Made by a program: the position numbers and the translations under genes. The notes beneath the pieces are model-generated. The model did no database searches. It was not told where the DNA came from and was given only the letters and a program-made list of their open reading frames with translations. From NCBI GenBank assembly GCA_964016885.1, contig OZ024757.1, positions 37,386,001 to 37,450,000 of the forward strand: a DNA stretch of 64,000 nucleotides, given 5' to 3'. Shown one piece after another: positions 1-11,183 of this stretch. Source of the DNA: Eledone cirrhosa. Lineage: Eukaryota. Every line of letters begins with the position of its first letter. The stretch's first letter is position 1.

Positions 1-310
1 TATGTGTGTATATATATATATATATAATCTGTTTATTGTTCAGTTCATCTTTGATATTCGGCTGCAGTTTTCTTTGTTTTTCAAGATTTAAAGATGAATT
101 GAATCTGACAACTTCTCTAACTTAAATGAAACAAAACACAAACAAACAAAAGGAAGTATATATATATATATATAAACATAGTATATATATATAAACATAG
201 TATATATACTGTCTTTTCTTCCATCCTTTTCTTTATTTTTTCTTTCATTTCATATACATACATACATGTGTACACATATATGTATGTATATGTATGTGTG
301 TGTCTGCATG

Positions 311-355
<45 letters not shown>

Positions 356-546
356 GCGTGTGTATGTATGTATCATCATCCTTTTTACACCTGCATTAGT
401 ATATATATATTATATATATTTTATTATATATATATATTATATTTATATAATATATACATATATTATATATATATTATGTATATATTATATATATATAATA
501 TATATATTATATTTATATAATATATACATATATTATTTATATATTA

Positions 547-580
<34 letters not shown>

Positions 581-631
581 CCCCGTCTAACCCATGCTAG
601 CATGGAAAATGGACGTTAAACGAAGATGATG

Positions 632-682
<51 letters not shown>

Positions 683-838
683 TATATAAGTTTTGTTTGT
701 GTCTATATTATATCTGTATTTTTTGGTCAGTCAATGGTAAACATTGAGGACCGAATAAATTAACTGATATAAAAGATACAGAATCGAAAACGAACCAAAC
801 AGTGAGTGTGTTCTGTTAATATGACCCTCCCCAAGTAT

Positions 839-880
<42 letters not shown>

Positions 881-929
881 GCATGATGTATATATGTATA
901 TATATAGTTTATTACTTTCTACTTTCCAG

Positions 930-1058
930 GTTCCAACTATAGTGAGAAATGTGATGTATTCAGTTGGGGAATTATTCTATGGGAGATATTCACACGTAGG
1001 AAACCTTTTGATGAGATGGGAGGGCCTGCATTTCGTATAATGTGGGCCGTACACCAAG
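930..1058 (+). CDS. MAP3K7: TAK1/MAP3K7 kinase-domain exon (subdomains IX-X)
   Basis: ttccag acceptor and AAG|gtaagg donor; 129 nt; translates (G)[42 protein letters not shown](G), almost identical to vertebrate TAK1 [44 protein letters not shown] as recalled. Confidence 0.96.
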
Positions 1059-1949
1059 GTAAGGGGCTTTCTCTTGTAATGGGAACAACTATGTATATAT
1101 ATATATACATACTACACACATGCACTACACAAAGCTGCACATATATTGCACCTACCCCACACACAGCTGCACATATATTTGACATGCACTACACACATGA
1201 GTACATATATTGGACTTGTACTACACACAGCTGCACATCTATCACACCTACATTACGCACAGCTGCACATATATTGCACATCCAATTGCTGCATGTCTGT
1301 GTGTCACTAAAGACATTTCTTTGTATCATCAGAAGATATCTCTTTCCTTTTGTCTCTAATCACAACCAACAAAGACAGAGAGATTCTTCTTCTTCCTCCT
1401 TCTTCCTCTTGTTCTTCTTCTTCCTCTCCTCCCTCTCCTCCACTTGTTGTTCTTCTTCTTCCCCTCCTTCCTTTCCTCCACTTGTTGTTGTTCTTTTTCT
1501 TCTTCCACTTATTGTTCTTCTTCTTCCCCTCCTTCCCTCCACCTGTTGTTGTTGTTCTTCTTTTTCTTCTTCCCCTCCTTCCCTCCACCTGTTCTTCTTC
1601 TTCTTCTTATTCCACTTCTTCTTCTTCTCCCCCCCTCCACTTGTTGTTGTTGTTTAAAAGAACATTTTGTTTTCTTCAAAATGTCTTGGCTTCATTTCTT
1701 TTGTTATGATTCATTGGACAAGTTTCACACAACCATAGTACTACTACTGTTACTACTGTTACTAGTGTTACTACTACTAGCATTACTACTGTTACTACTA
1801 CTAGTACTACTACTAGTATTACTACTGTTACTACTACTAGTATTACTAGTATTACTACTACTAGTATTACTAGTATTACTACTGTTACTACTACTAGTAT
1901 TACTAGTATTACTACTACTAGTATTACTAGTATTACTACTGTTACTACT

Positions 1950-2095
1950 ATTTTTCATTGTTATTTTTTATTACATCCTCTGTTTTTTTTACACGCAGAA
2001 ATGCCCATTTGTACCGTCCTGTATTGTCCTGTACTGTCCTTAATGTCTACTTTATGTAAACCCTTGTGGTTAATAAAGAAAGCATTATTATTACT
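1950..2095 (+). mobile_element. Short 3'-end copy of the same Tx1 family
   Basis: near-identical to 3332-3475 (ttttcattgttatttttt...aaacccttgtggttaataaagaaa). Confidence 0.85.
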
Positions 2096-2104
2096 ACTAC
2101 TATT

Positions 2105-3475
2105 GTGACGAGCAGGGTGGCTTCTCTCACCCAGAAATGGGCGGAGAGGAAGCTATCCCTGAAAGGTCGAGCGGAGGTGGCTAACGCGTACATCACGTCT
2201 GTCATCTGCTACCGCCTGACCGTCGTACCTTGTCCTAAGCCTCGCCTGACTGCGCTGGAGCGTTTGCTCTTTCGCTTTTTGTGGAAGGGACGCGCTCCGA
2301 TGGTCAGGCGGTCCATCTGTTGTCAACACCCGCTACGTGGAGGGCTGGGCATGCCGTGGCTGATGATGCGCAGGCACTCGCTCAGGCTACGACATCTCCA
2401 CCTCTTCCTAGACGGTGTTCAGGTGTGGTCGCCGTTTGCTAGACACGTATTTCCCCAGCTCGTTTCCTTGACGGAGCTGCAGTCCTGGGTCAAGCGAAGA
2501 CCGAGAGGGAGCGCCTGGAGACTGGAATGTCTTCAGGCGCTCACAGCCCTCGACCAATCGGACAATGTGATCGGTGGAAACTCCACCTCGGCGTTCTATA
2601 GAGGATTAGTGGAGGGGAAGAGCGACGATGTACTTGGGGAAACTCTAGGCGTCGACGAAAATCAACTAGCCAATCTCTTCGGAAGAACTTTCGGGCCAGG
2701 GCCTATGAACAACTTCCAGAAATCTCTGGCCTGGCAGTGCTACCGAGGAGCCTTGCCAGTTCGGGATAAACTCTACAGGCATGGAGGTGCCGTCAGCCGG
2801 GCATGTCCGAGATGCGCGCAGGGCGACGAAACCGTCCTGCACGCACTCGTCCAGTGTCCGAAAATTGCTGACTTGTGGGTTTATGTCGAACACCTGCTGT
2901 CGCGTTTAGGACGGATCCGGCTATCATCTGAGTCCATCGTGAGGATTGCCCCGCCCTCCTCCTTTAGCCGGGAAGGGCAGGCAGTTTTTATCTGTCTGGT
3001 GGCCATGGCGAAAGAGATAGTATGGTGGACGCGTTTGAAAGGGCTGAAGACGAGCACTTACCTCTTCGGTGATGCCCTGATTGACTTTTTCAAATTTCAT
3101 TTGAAAAGGAAAATCAGGGTAGAGAGGGAAGTGCTCTCTTCCCAGCAGTTTCTTGAAAGATGGGTGAGAGAAGCAAGAATGGCCCGAGTGAATGGGCCTA
3201 CTCTGAGTATATATCTGTAAATTAAAGGTGGAAAACTGGGAGAGGGCACTTGCCTTGGTGGTCAGGGTCACTGTGGCCTTTTACTGGGCTTTCTCCACAA
3301 ATGTCCCTCCGAAGTCTTCCCCTATTGGGGAATTTTTCATTGTTATTTTTTGTTACATCCTCTGTTTTTGTTTTTTACACGCAGAAATGCCCATTTGTAC
3401 CGTCCTGCATTGTCCTGCACTGTCCTTAATGTCTACTTTATGTAAACCCTTGTGGTTAATAAAGAAATCATTATT
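2105..3475 (+). mobile_element. 5'-truncated Tx1/L1-clade non-LTR retrotransposon (ORF2 C-terminus with zf-RVT region, 3' UTR, (TTA)n tail)
   Basis: ORF 2066-3220 has W..RKLSLKGR, LFRFLWKG, GGLG, CPRC..GDETVLHALVQC typical of L1/Tx1 ORF2; 3' end cccttgtggttaataaagaaa followed by TTA/CTA repeats. Confidence 0.9.
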
Positions 3476-4367
3476 ACTATTACTATTATTATTACTATTA
3501 TTATTACTATTACTATTATTATTACTATTACTATTATTATTACTACCTTTCATCCTTACGGGGTCGATAAAATAAAGTACCAGTAATGCACTGGGTAATT
3601 GCTGGCCTTGTGCCTAAAGTAGAAACAATTATTACTATTATTACTATTACTACTATTATTACTATTACTACTATTATTAATATTACTACTATTATTACTA
3701 TCATCATCATCATCCTTTTACTATTTGCTTACTTCTTTCCTAACTTGTACAAAAGTCAGCCAGTCAGAATTATTTCTATAAAGTCTAAAGATGTTCATCT
3801 TCTTCACTCGATTTAAAGACTCTTTTATTTATTTATTTATTTATTCATTTATTTAGTTAGTTAGTTATATTTTTATTTGTCTTTGTTTTGTTTGCTTTAG
3901 TTAGTAACCTTTGGTTTCCATTGGAACTTTCTAGTCTTCCATTATTGCCAAGTATGGTGTGACAATACTTCATACATATGTGTGTGTGTGTGTGTGTGTG
4001 TATGTGTACTTGTGTGTGGGTGTGTAGTTGTGTGTATGTGAGTGTGTGTGGATCTGTTACTCCTGATGGAGTGGTAAGGGTGACTTTACTGACATACAAC
4101 ATGTCTCTGACATTTTAAACCTGGAGTGACCCTCCACTCTCCAGGTCTGAACTCAGCCAGTTTCTTCCAAATAAGGAAAAATTGAGAGAGAGAGAGAGCA
4201 AGAGAAGACATGAGGAAATGATATAGAGAATGAATTGACCCCAGTACTTGACTGGTAATTTTTTTTTTATTGGTCTTGGAAGGCTGAAGGGCAATGTTGA
4301 CCTCAACAGGATTTGAACTCTGAGAGCAGTGAGCTGGAACAAATACCACAAAGCATTCTATCCAACC

Positions 4368-5045
4368 CTAACCCTTTAGCATTTAAATCAGCCATATCCA
4401 GAATTCTCTCACCTCTTTCTGTTCAAACTTGCTGTAACCGGCTGCTCATACTGATGTTAAGGTATTGTTCTTAAAATAAATATCAAAATCTCTCATATTC
4501 GATATTATGTGAGATAAAGCCTTTACCATGAAAATACAATAGTAAATATAGAGTAATGTAAATGCTGGAGGGTTAACATAAGTATGAGCAGCCAGTTATG
4601 GCTGGTTTGAACAGAAAGAATTGAAAGAATTCTGGCTAAATATGGCTGGTTTAAATGTTAAAGGGTTACAGAGTAAGCAGCTTAACCCTTTAGCATTTAA
4701 ACTGGCCACAACTGGCCAGAATTCCCTCACCTCTTTCTGTTCAAATTGGCTGTAACTAGCCACTCATACTTAGGTTAAGGTATTGTTCTCAAAATAAATA
4801 ATTGTTTCTACTTTTGGCACAAGGCCAACAATTATCCCAGTGTATTACTGGTACTTTATTTTATCGATCCTGTAAGGATGAAAGGCAAAGTTAACCTCAG
4901 TGGGATTGTTCTCAAAATAAATAATACCAAAATCTCATACATTCAATATGTGAGATATTATGTAAGGTAAAACCTTTTCTGTGAAAATACAATAGTATAT
5001 ATATAGAGTAATGTAAATACTAAAGGGTTAATTAACCCTTTAGTA
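4368..5045. mobile_element. Two adjacent piggyBac-type MITEs in opposite orientation plus a further terminus
   Basis: termini TTAA-CCCTTTAGCATTTA ... TAAATRYTAAAGGG-TTAA (4368-4668, 4682-5031); CCC termini with TTAA are piggyBac hallmarks. Confidence 0.75.
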
Positions 5046-6087
5046 TTTACATTACATGATGATGATGATGACTTAAATGGTGACAATGATGATAATGATA
5101 ATGATGATTAAAACGATGTTCTTATTAACACTGGAAAACCAACCAATCACAAAACAAAAAAAATCTGACAAAAACACCACCACCATCCCCACCATCCCCA
5201 CCAACACCACTATCACCACCACCACCAACAACAACACCACCACCACCATCACCACCATCCCCACCAACACCACTATCACCACCAACACCACTATCACCAC
5301 CATCACCACCACCACCAACAACACCACCACCACCACTATCACCCCCCCCCCCCCCACCAACACCACTATCACCCCCCCCCCCCATCCATCCCCACCAACA
5401 CCACTATCACCACCAACACCACTATCACCACCATCACCACCACCAACAACAACAACACCACCACCACCACCATCACCATCACTAACAACACCAGCAGCAG
5501 CAAAGAAGTTACACCACCGCAATTGCCGCCACTGTGAGACAGTTAATGGTCTCATCAATAAACATTAGCTTAACGATGTTAATTAATTTAACAGTCTCTG
5601 CAATAATGAAATATGACGGAAGAGGTTGAGATAGATGGTTGACATGTTGACATGACGGAGAGTGATTTCTGTCTAAAAAAACTGGCTTGTCACATTTTTA
5701 TTGACCACTGACACATTTCACTCTGTGTGGGTGTGTGGTGGGTTGGGTGTGTGTTGGGTGTGTATGGGTGTGTGGGTGTTGGGTTTTGGTGTGGGTGTGT
5801 AGGTTTTGGGCGTGTGTGGGTGTGTGTTGGGTTCCGACACATTTCACTCTGTGTGGGTGTGTGTTGGGTGGGTGTTTGGGTGTGTGTATTTGTGTGTTAG
5901 GTGTATCTGTTAGCAGGTGTGTGCATACACACATAACACATCCAAACACACATCCACAACATGCATACACGTAACACACACACATACCACCCCCACACAT
6001 GTCCTCTTTCCACCATGACATGTTTTATACAAAATCTACTACAGCATTAATACAATACATTTCAAGTGAACCCCTATTGTATTACAG

Positions 6088-6145
6088 GTACACGGCCCCC
6101 ATTAATCAAAAATCTCCCTCAACCGCTAGAGTTACTTATGACAAG
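6088..6145 (+). CDS. MAP3K7: TAK1/MAP3K7 exon
   Basis: ttacag acceptor, AAG|gtaagt donor; 58 nt, phase-compatible with previous exon; (G)[18 protein letters not shown](S) matches TAK1 [20 protein letters not shown]. Confidence 0.95.
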
Positions 6146-6269
6146 GTAAGTTGGATTTTATTGCTCACTTTCTGTTTATTTTAAATCTTAAACTCTGTAA
6201 GGATTTAGAAAAAAAAAAATCTTAAAATAAACAATGTACGAAGCAGAATTCTTGTCTTTTAAGTGCTGA

Positions 6270-6326
<57 letters not shown>

Positions 6327-6433
6327 CATATATATATATCTAGGATAAGAGTCAGGACCCCAGCGTTCGGATCTAGCTGTCGAAACAGCCGGAGCTCAGC
6401 CGTCGGGGTCCTGACTGTTTTCCTATATATATG

Positions 6434-6496
<63 letters not shown>

Positions 6497-6499
<3 letters not shown>

Positions 6500-6972
6500 A
6501 TATTAATAAATGGAAACTATATTTATAAAACCATAATTATTTTATTATATATATTTCAAGGGCGACCAAGCAATCTTGGTGCGCTTTCATCAGATAAAAT
6601 ACAAAATTTATTTTATAAATAGTGACATAACCATGGAAAACAACCTTGACGGTTGAAAATTCACTGGTTGTTTTCAAGGTTGTTTTTCCATGGTTATGTC
6701 ACTATTTATAAAACAAATTTTGTATTTTATCTGATGAAAGCGCACCAAGATTGGCTTGGTCGCCCTTGAAATATATATAATAAAACCCGTCCCACCCTTG
6801 CAAGCAGGGAAAAGCGGACGTAAAATGATGATGATGAAAACAATTATGGTTTTATAAATATAGTTTCCATTTATTAATATATTGAATATTTACTCCAGTA
6901 ATTTGTTGAGTGCTCTATATCAGTTATAAACTTTTAAGTTTGTTGGAATCCCAACAAATTAAATATAACTTC

Positions 6973-6975
<3 letters not shown>
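6497..6975. mobile_element. PLE-derived fold-back fragment with hammerhead motifs
   Basis: arm 6497-6648 is the reverse complement of 6675-6884; family also at 8300-8458 and 19983-20105; flanked by (TA)n. Confidence 0.75.
6725..6785 (+). ncRNA. Type I hammerhead ribozyme motif with minimal stem III
   Basis: TTTTAT-CTGATGA-[aagcgcaccaag..cttggtcgccctt]-GAAA-TATATA-TA-ATAAAA; inverted copy near 6540-6600. Confidence 0.8.
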
Positions 6976-7032
<57 letters not shown>

Positions 7033-7682
7033 ATTAGAAAGTGAATAACACAATATATAACTATTCCATTACCAAAGGTTTCAGGATCCTAGACACTATT
7101 AACATATTACGTTTATTGGTTGGTGGCGCGCGTTTCTACACGTTGACACAGAAGTGAACCTACAGTAACTCCACATTGCACTCCCTAGATATATATATAT
7201 ATATATGCCCCCACACCCTCCCACTGCAAAGTGGACTTGTAGGCGCCACAGCAAAAAAGCACCCAGCCCACACTGTAAATGAGGTTGGTGTTAGGAAGGG
7301 CATCCAGCTGTAGAAATCAAGCCAAATCAGTTCCTGTATGAGCAAGGCATGGTCAGCCGACCAGACACTGCCCACAACAGGACAACCCGTCTAACCCATG
7401 CTAGTGTGGAAGAACGGACGTAAAACAGTGATGATGATGATGATGATATATATATATATATAAGTATATATATATATAAGAAAGTGAGGTTATTTTACAA
7501 ATGAAAAATAACTGAGGTGTCCTACACGAGTGAAAGTATAAAGAAAAAAAGATGAAATTGAAAATGCAACTGTAGTCTTAAATATATATTTATTTGGTTT
7601 CTTTACCCGGTTTCGCAGTTCTTCTGCTTTTCAAAAGTAGAGTTGAGATGGAGGGTCTGTGGTTTTGCTCACATTATATATA

Positions 7683-8033
7683 TCATCATCATCATCATCA
7701 TCAATTTTACGTCCGCTTTTCCCTGCTTGCAAGGGTGGGGACGGGAACTGATTCTGGCTTGATTTCTACAGCCGGATGCCCTTCCTAACACCAACCTCAT
7801 TTACAGTGAGTGCTGGGTGCTTTTTTTGCCGGTGGCACCCTCCACGACCACTTTGCAGTGGAATGATAGGGACCCCAGTCCCTATCATCTCATTTCTACA
7901 GCTGAGTAAACTGGAGTCAATGTGAAATAAGTGCCTTGCTCAAGGAAACAACACATCGCCCGGACTGAGAATTGAACTCACAACCTTTCGATTGCAAGGC
8001 CAATGCTCTAAACACTAAGGCATGTGCCTCCAT
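7683..8033 (-). mobile_element. tRNA-derived SINE with RTE-type 3' tail
   Basis: reverse complement of the 39338-39678 element; (ATG)n tail. Confidence 0.88.
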
Positions 8034-8148
8034 ATATAAAAATAAATTGAGAGCGAATAACCAATTTAGACTTAATAACAGTAATTTTAATTTCCACATA
8101 CCTTTCAATGTATAATGGCGGGTGATACCTCAATATATATAGAGTATT

Positions 8149-8183
<35 letters not shown>

Positions 8184-8649
8184 ATATATATGTGTTGTGT
8201 GCGAGTAGTGTATATACATACACACCAAATACATAAATATATGAATATATATATATACACACACACACATATTAGCATGGAAGATAGATGTTAAACGATT
8301 GCCCTTGAAATATATATAATAAAATAAATATGGTTTTATAAATATAGTTTCCATTTATTTAATATCATTGAATATTTACTCCAGTAACTTGTTGAGTGCT
8401 CTAAATCAGTTCTAAACATTTATGTTTGTCGGACTTCCAACAAATTAAATACAACTTCTTATATATATACATATATATAGTATACATACATAGATATATA
8501 TATACATACATATATATATACACACACATGCTCACACACATGTACATAAGCTCTCATAAATGTACGAAATCACTCTCTGCCATTAGAAACATTTATTACA
8601 AAATATAGATGGCAATTACACTTTTGTTGCTTTCTTTAGTTTTTGCATA

Positions 8650-9305
8650 AAGTTCTTCTTCTTTTCCTCTCCTCCTCCTCCTCCTCCTCCTCCTTCTTCT
8701 TCTTCTTCTTCTTCTTCTTCTTCTTTGCCGTCTTCTTCTTCTTCTTCTTTGCCTTCTTTGCCTTCTTCTTCTTCTTTGCCTTCTTTCTTTGCCTTCTTTG
8801 CCTTCTTTGCCCTTCTTCTTTGCCTCTTCTTCGCCTTCTTCTTCTTCTTCTTCTTCTTTGCTTTCTTCTTTGCCTCTTCTTCGCTTCTTCTTCTTCTTCT
8901 TCTCTTTGCCATCTTCTTTGCCTTCTTTGCCTTCTTCTTTGCCTTCTTTGCCTTCTTCTTCTTTGCCTCCTCCCTACTTCTTCTTCTCCTTCTTCTCCTT
9001 CTTCTCCTTCTTCTCCTTCTTCTCCTTCTCCTCCTTCTTTGCCTTCTCCTTCTCCTTCTTCTTTACCTTCTTCTCCTTCTTCTCCTTTGCCTTTTCCTTC
9101 TTCTCCTTTGCCTTCTTCTCCTTTGCCTTCTTCTCCTTTGCCTTCTTCTCCTTTGCCTTCTTCTCCTTCTTCTCCTTTGCCTTCTTCTCTTCTTCTCCTT
9201 TGCCTTCTTCTCCTTCTCCTTCTCCTTCTTTGCCTTCTTCTCCTTCTTCTCCTTTGCCTTCTTCTCCCTCCTTCTCCTTTGCCTTCTTCTCCTCCTCCTT
9301 CTTCT
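8650..9305. repeat. Compound (CTT)n / TTCTTTGCC / TTCTCC simple repeat
   Basis: visible polypyrimidine triplet-derived array; similar tract at 1385-1655. Confidence 0.9.
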
Positions 9306-9959
9306 TAAACAGAAAAAACCTCGCAACTGAAAAATTGAGAAATATTTCAAAGTTAAGCAATTAAAAAATAAAAATTAACAACAAAAACAAATAAACCAAA
9401 CCAAAACAAAACAGAACCCCCCCCCCTCCGTAACATGAATAAACTTAAATACATAAAAGAATAATAATAATAACAACTATAACAAATAAACAACAAAGCA
9501 AAACATTAACCCCCCCCCCCCCCAAAAAAAAATATATATATATTTATAAAAAAGTAATTAAATAAATAAATATTCCAATGAAAATAAAATAAAAACTATA
9601 ACAGAAATGAATTTATTTTCCACATTTTCTGTTTTTATTGAAGTAAATTTAAATATATATATATATATATACATACATATATATATAATATATATATATA
9701 CATGTGTGTATATATATATATATGTATATTTATATATGTATATATATATACTTGTATATTTATATATATAGATGTATATATGTATATATATACATGTATA
9801 TATATACATGTATATTTATATATGTATATATATATTCATGTATATTCATATATATATATATATATATACATACATACATATATATATGTATATATATATT
9901 CTTGTATATTCATATATAAATACATGCATATATATATATATATATATTCATGTATATTC

Positions 9960-10036
<77 letters not shown>

Positions 10037-10281
10037 GTGTTTTAATGTATTTTGGGTGTTTGATTTCTCATCAGTTTTTCAAACTGCCAATGAAAGTAAT
10101 GTTACTTTGGTTCTCATTCTCTTCTATCTTCTAGACACCTCTCTTTACTGCCTGCCTGTCAGTCTGTTTGGCAGTCTGTCTGTCTGTCTCATGCTTTGCT
10201 CTTTCTTTGTCTCTTTCTTTCTTTCCTTCTTTCTTTCTTTCTTTCTTTCTCACTTTCTGCTTTGAACATCATTTTCGTTAA

Positions 10282-10315
<34 letters not shown>

Positions 10316-10527
10316 CGTTTCTGAATTTGTTTAGCAAGATTCTTTATCTGAAATCGTGTGTTGAAACCGATATTGTTATACTTTGGGAGGGTCATGTTGC
10401 CAATAAGAAACACGCGCACCAGTTGCTTTCACTTCAATTTATTATATATTTATAAATTTACAAATTTATAAATCTATAAATTTCTGGTTGGTTGGTTGGT
10501 TCCACAACCAGATAGTTGTTTATATAT

Positions 10528-10572
10528 AGTCATAGTCCTTTCGTCACACACTCTGTGACCTCTTCAGTGACT
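10528..10572 (-). ncRNA. Minimal type I hammerhead ribozyme of the PLE pseudo-LTR
   Basis: minus strand AGTCA-CTGAAGA-G-GTCACA gagtg TGTGAC-GAAA-GGAC-TA-TGACT; degenerate second copy near 21455-21500. Confidence 0.88.
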
Positions 10573-10781
10573 GGGGATTCCTTTCTTTGTTTCTGTGCCT
10601 CTCCTTTCTCTGTCCTACGCCATTTTGTTTCTGTGTGTGTGTTGTGTGCTCAGTTTGCGCATGCGCCACATCCGGGTGTCTGTGTGTGTTTATGTTCATT
10701 TATCTATTTGTTTATTTATTTATTTATTTACATGTTATTGGTTGGTTGTTTGTTCTGTGTGTGTGTGTTTTCATTTTGTCC

Positions 10782-11183
10782 TTAATTGTAAGTTGTGATG
10801 TTGCTGTTCCACTCATATTTTCTATTTAATTTTGGTTGTAATTCTTTTATGTTTATTGCCTCTGTAATTTGTCTAAACATTGCATCTTTTCTGTGTGTAC
10901 ATTCTATTTTTATTTCTATGTTCTCTAATTTACCCTTGTGTTCTATCTTAGCATGTTGGTAGAGTACAGATGATTCTTTATTATCTTGAAGGTCTCGCCA
11001 GTGTTCATTTATCCGTTCCCCTATACTACGAGCTGTCTCACCTATGTACACTATATTTTTGTTTCTACATTGTCCTTCAGTACATCTTATGCTATACACT
11101 ACATTTCTAGTTTTACAGTTAATATGGGGGCTTATTTTACAAGTTATACATTTCTTATCTATACATGGGTTCTTTGAAAAGGG
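10782..11183 (-). CDS. PLE Cys linker and GIY-YIG endonuclease, in the -1 frame relative to RT
   Basis: PFSKNPCIDKKCITCKISPHINCKTRNVVYSIRCTEGQC..VYIGETARSIGERINEH..HAKIEH..RQITEAINI..PKLN. Confidence 0.9.
   Translation of the reverse strand, partial: PFSKNPCIDKKCITCKISPHINCKTRNVVYSIRCTEGQCRNKNIVYIGETARSIGERINEHWRDLQDNKESSVLYQHAKIEHKGKLENIEIKIECTHRKDAMFRQITEAINIKELQPKLNRKYEWNSNITTYN

Noticed and set aside
1016-1657. 213-aa ORF starting [15 protein letters not shown]
   Set aside because: Only the first 14 codons are real TAK1 exon; the rest is read-through past the donor at 1059
1950-3475. Direct repeats flanking an ORF, resembling LTRs
   Set aside because: They are two 3' ends of a Tx1 LINE, each with its own tail; no TG..CA ends or primer-binding site
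5999-6184. 61-aa ORF over the second exon
   Set aside because: Wrong frame; the TAK1 match is in another frame between splice sites
10573-10781. SECIS element or selenocysteine recoding in the PLE
   Set aside because: No in-frame TGA in RT or endonuclease and no convincing SECIS hairpin seen
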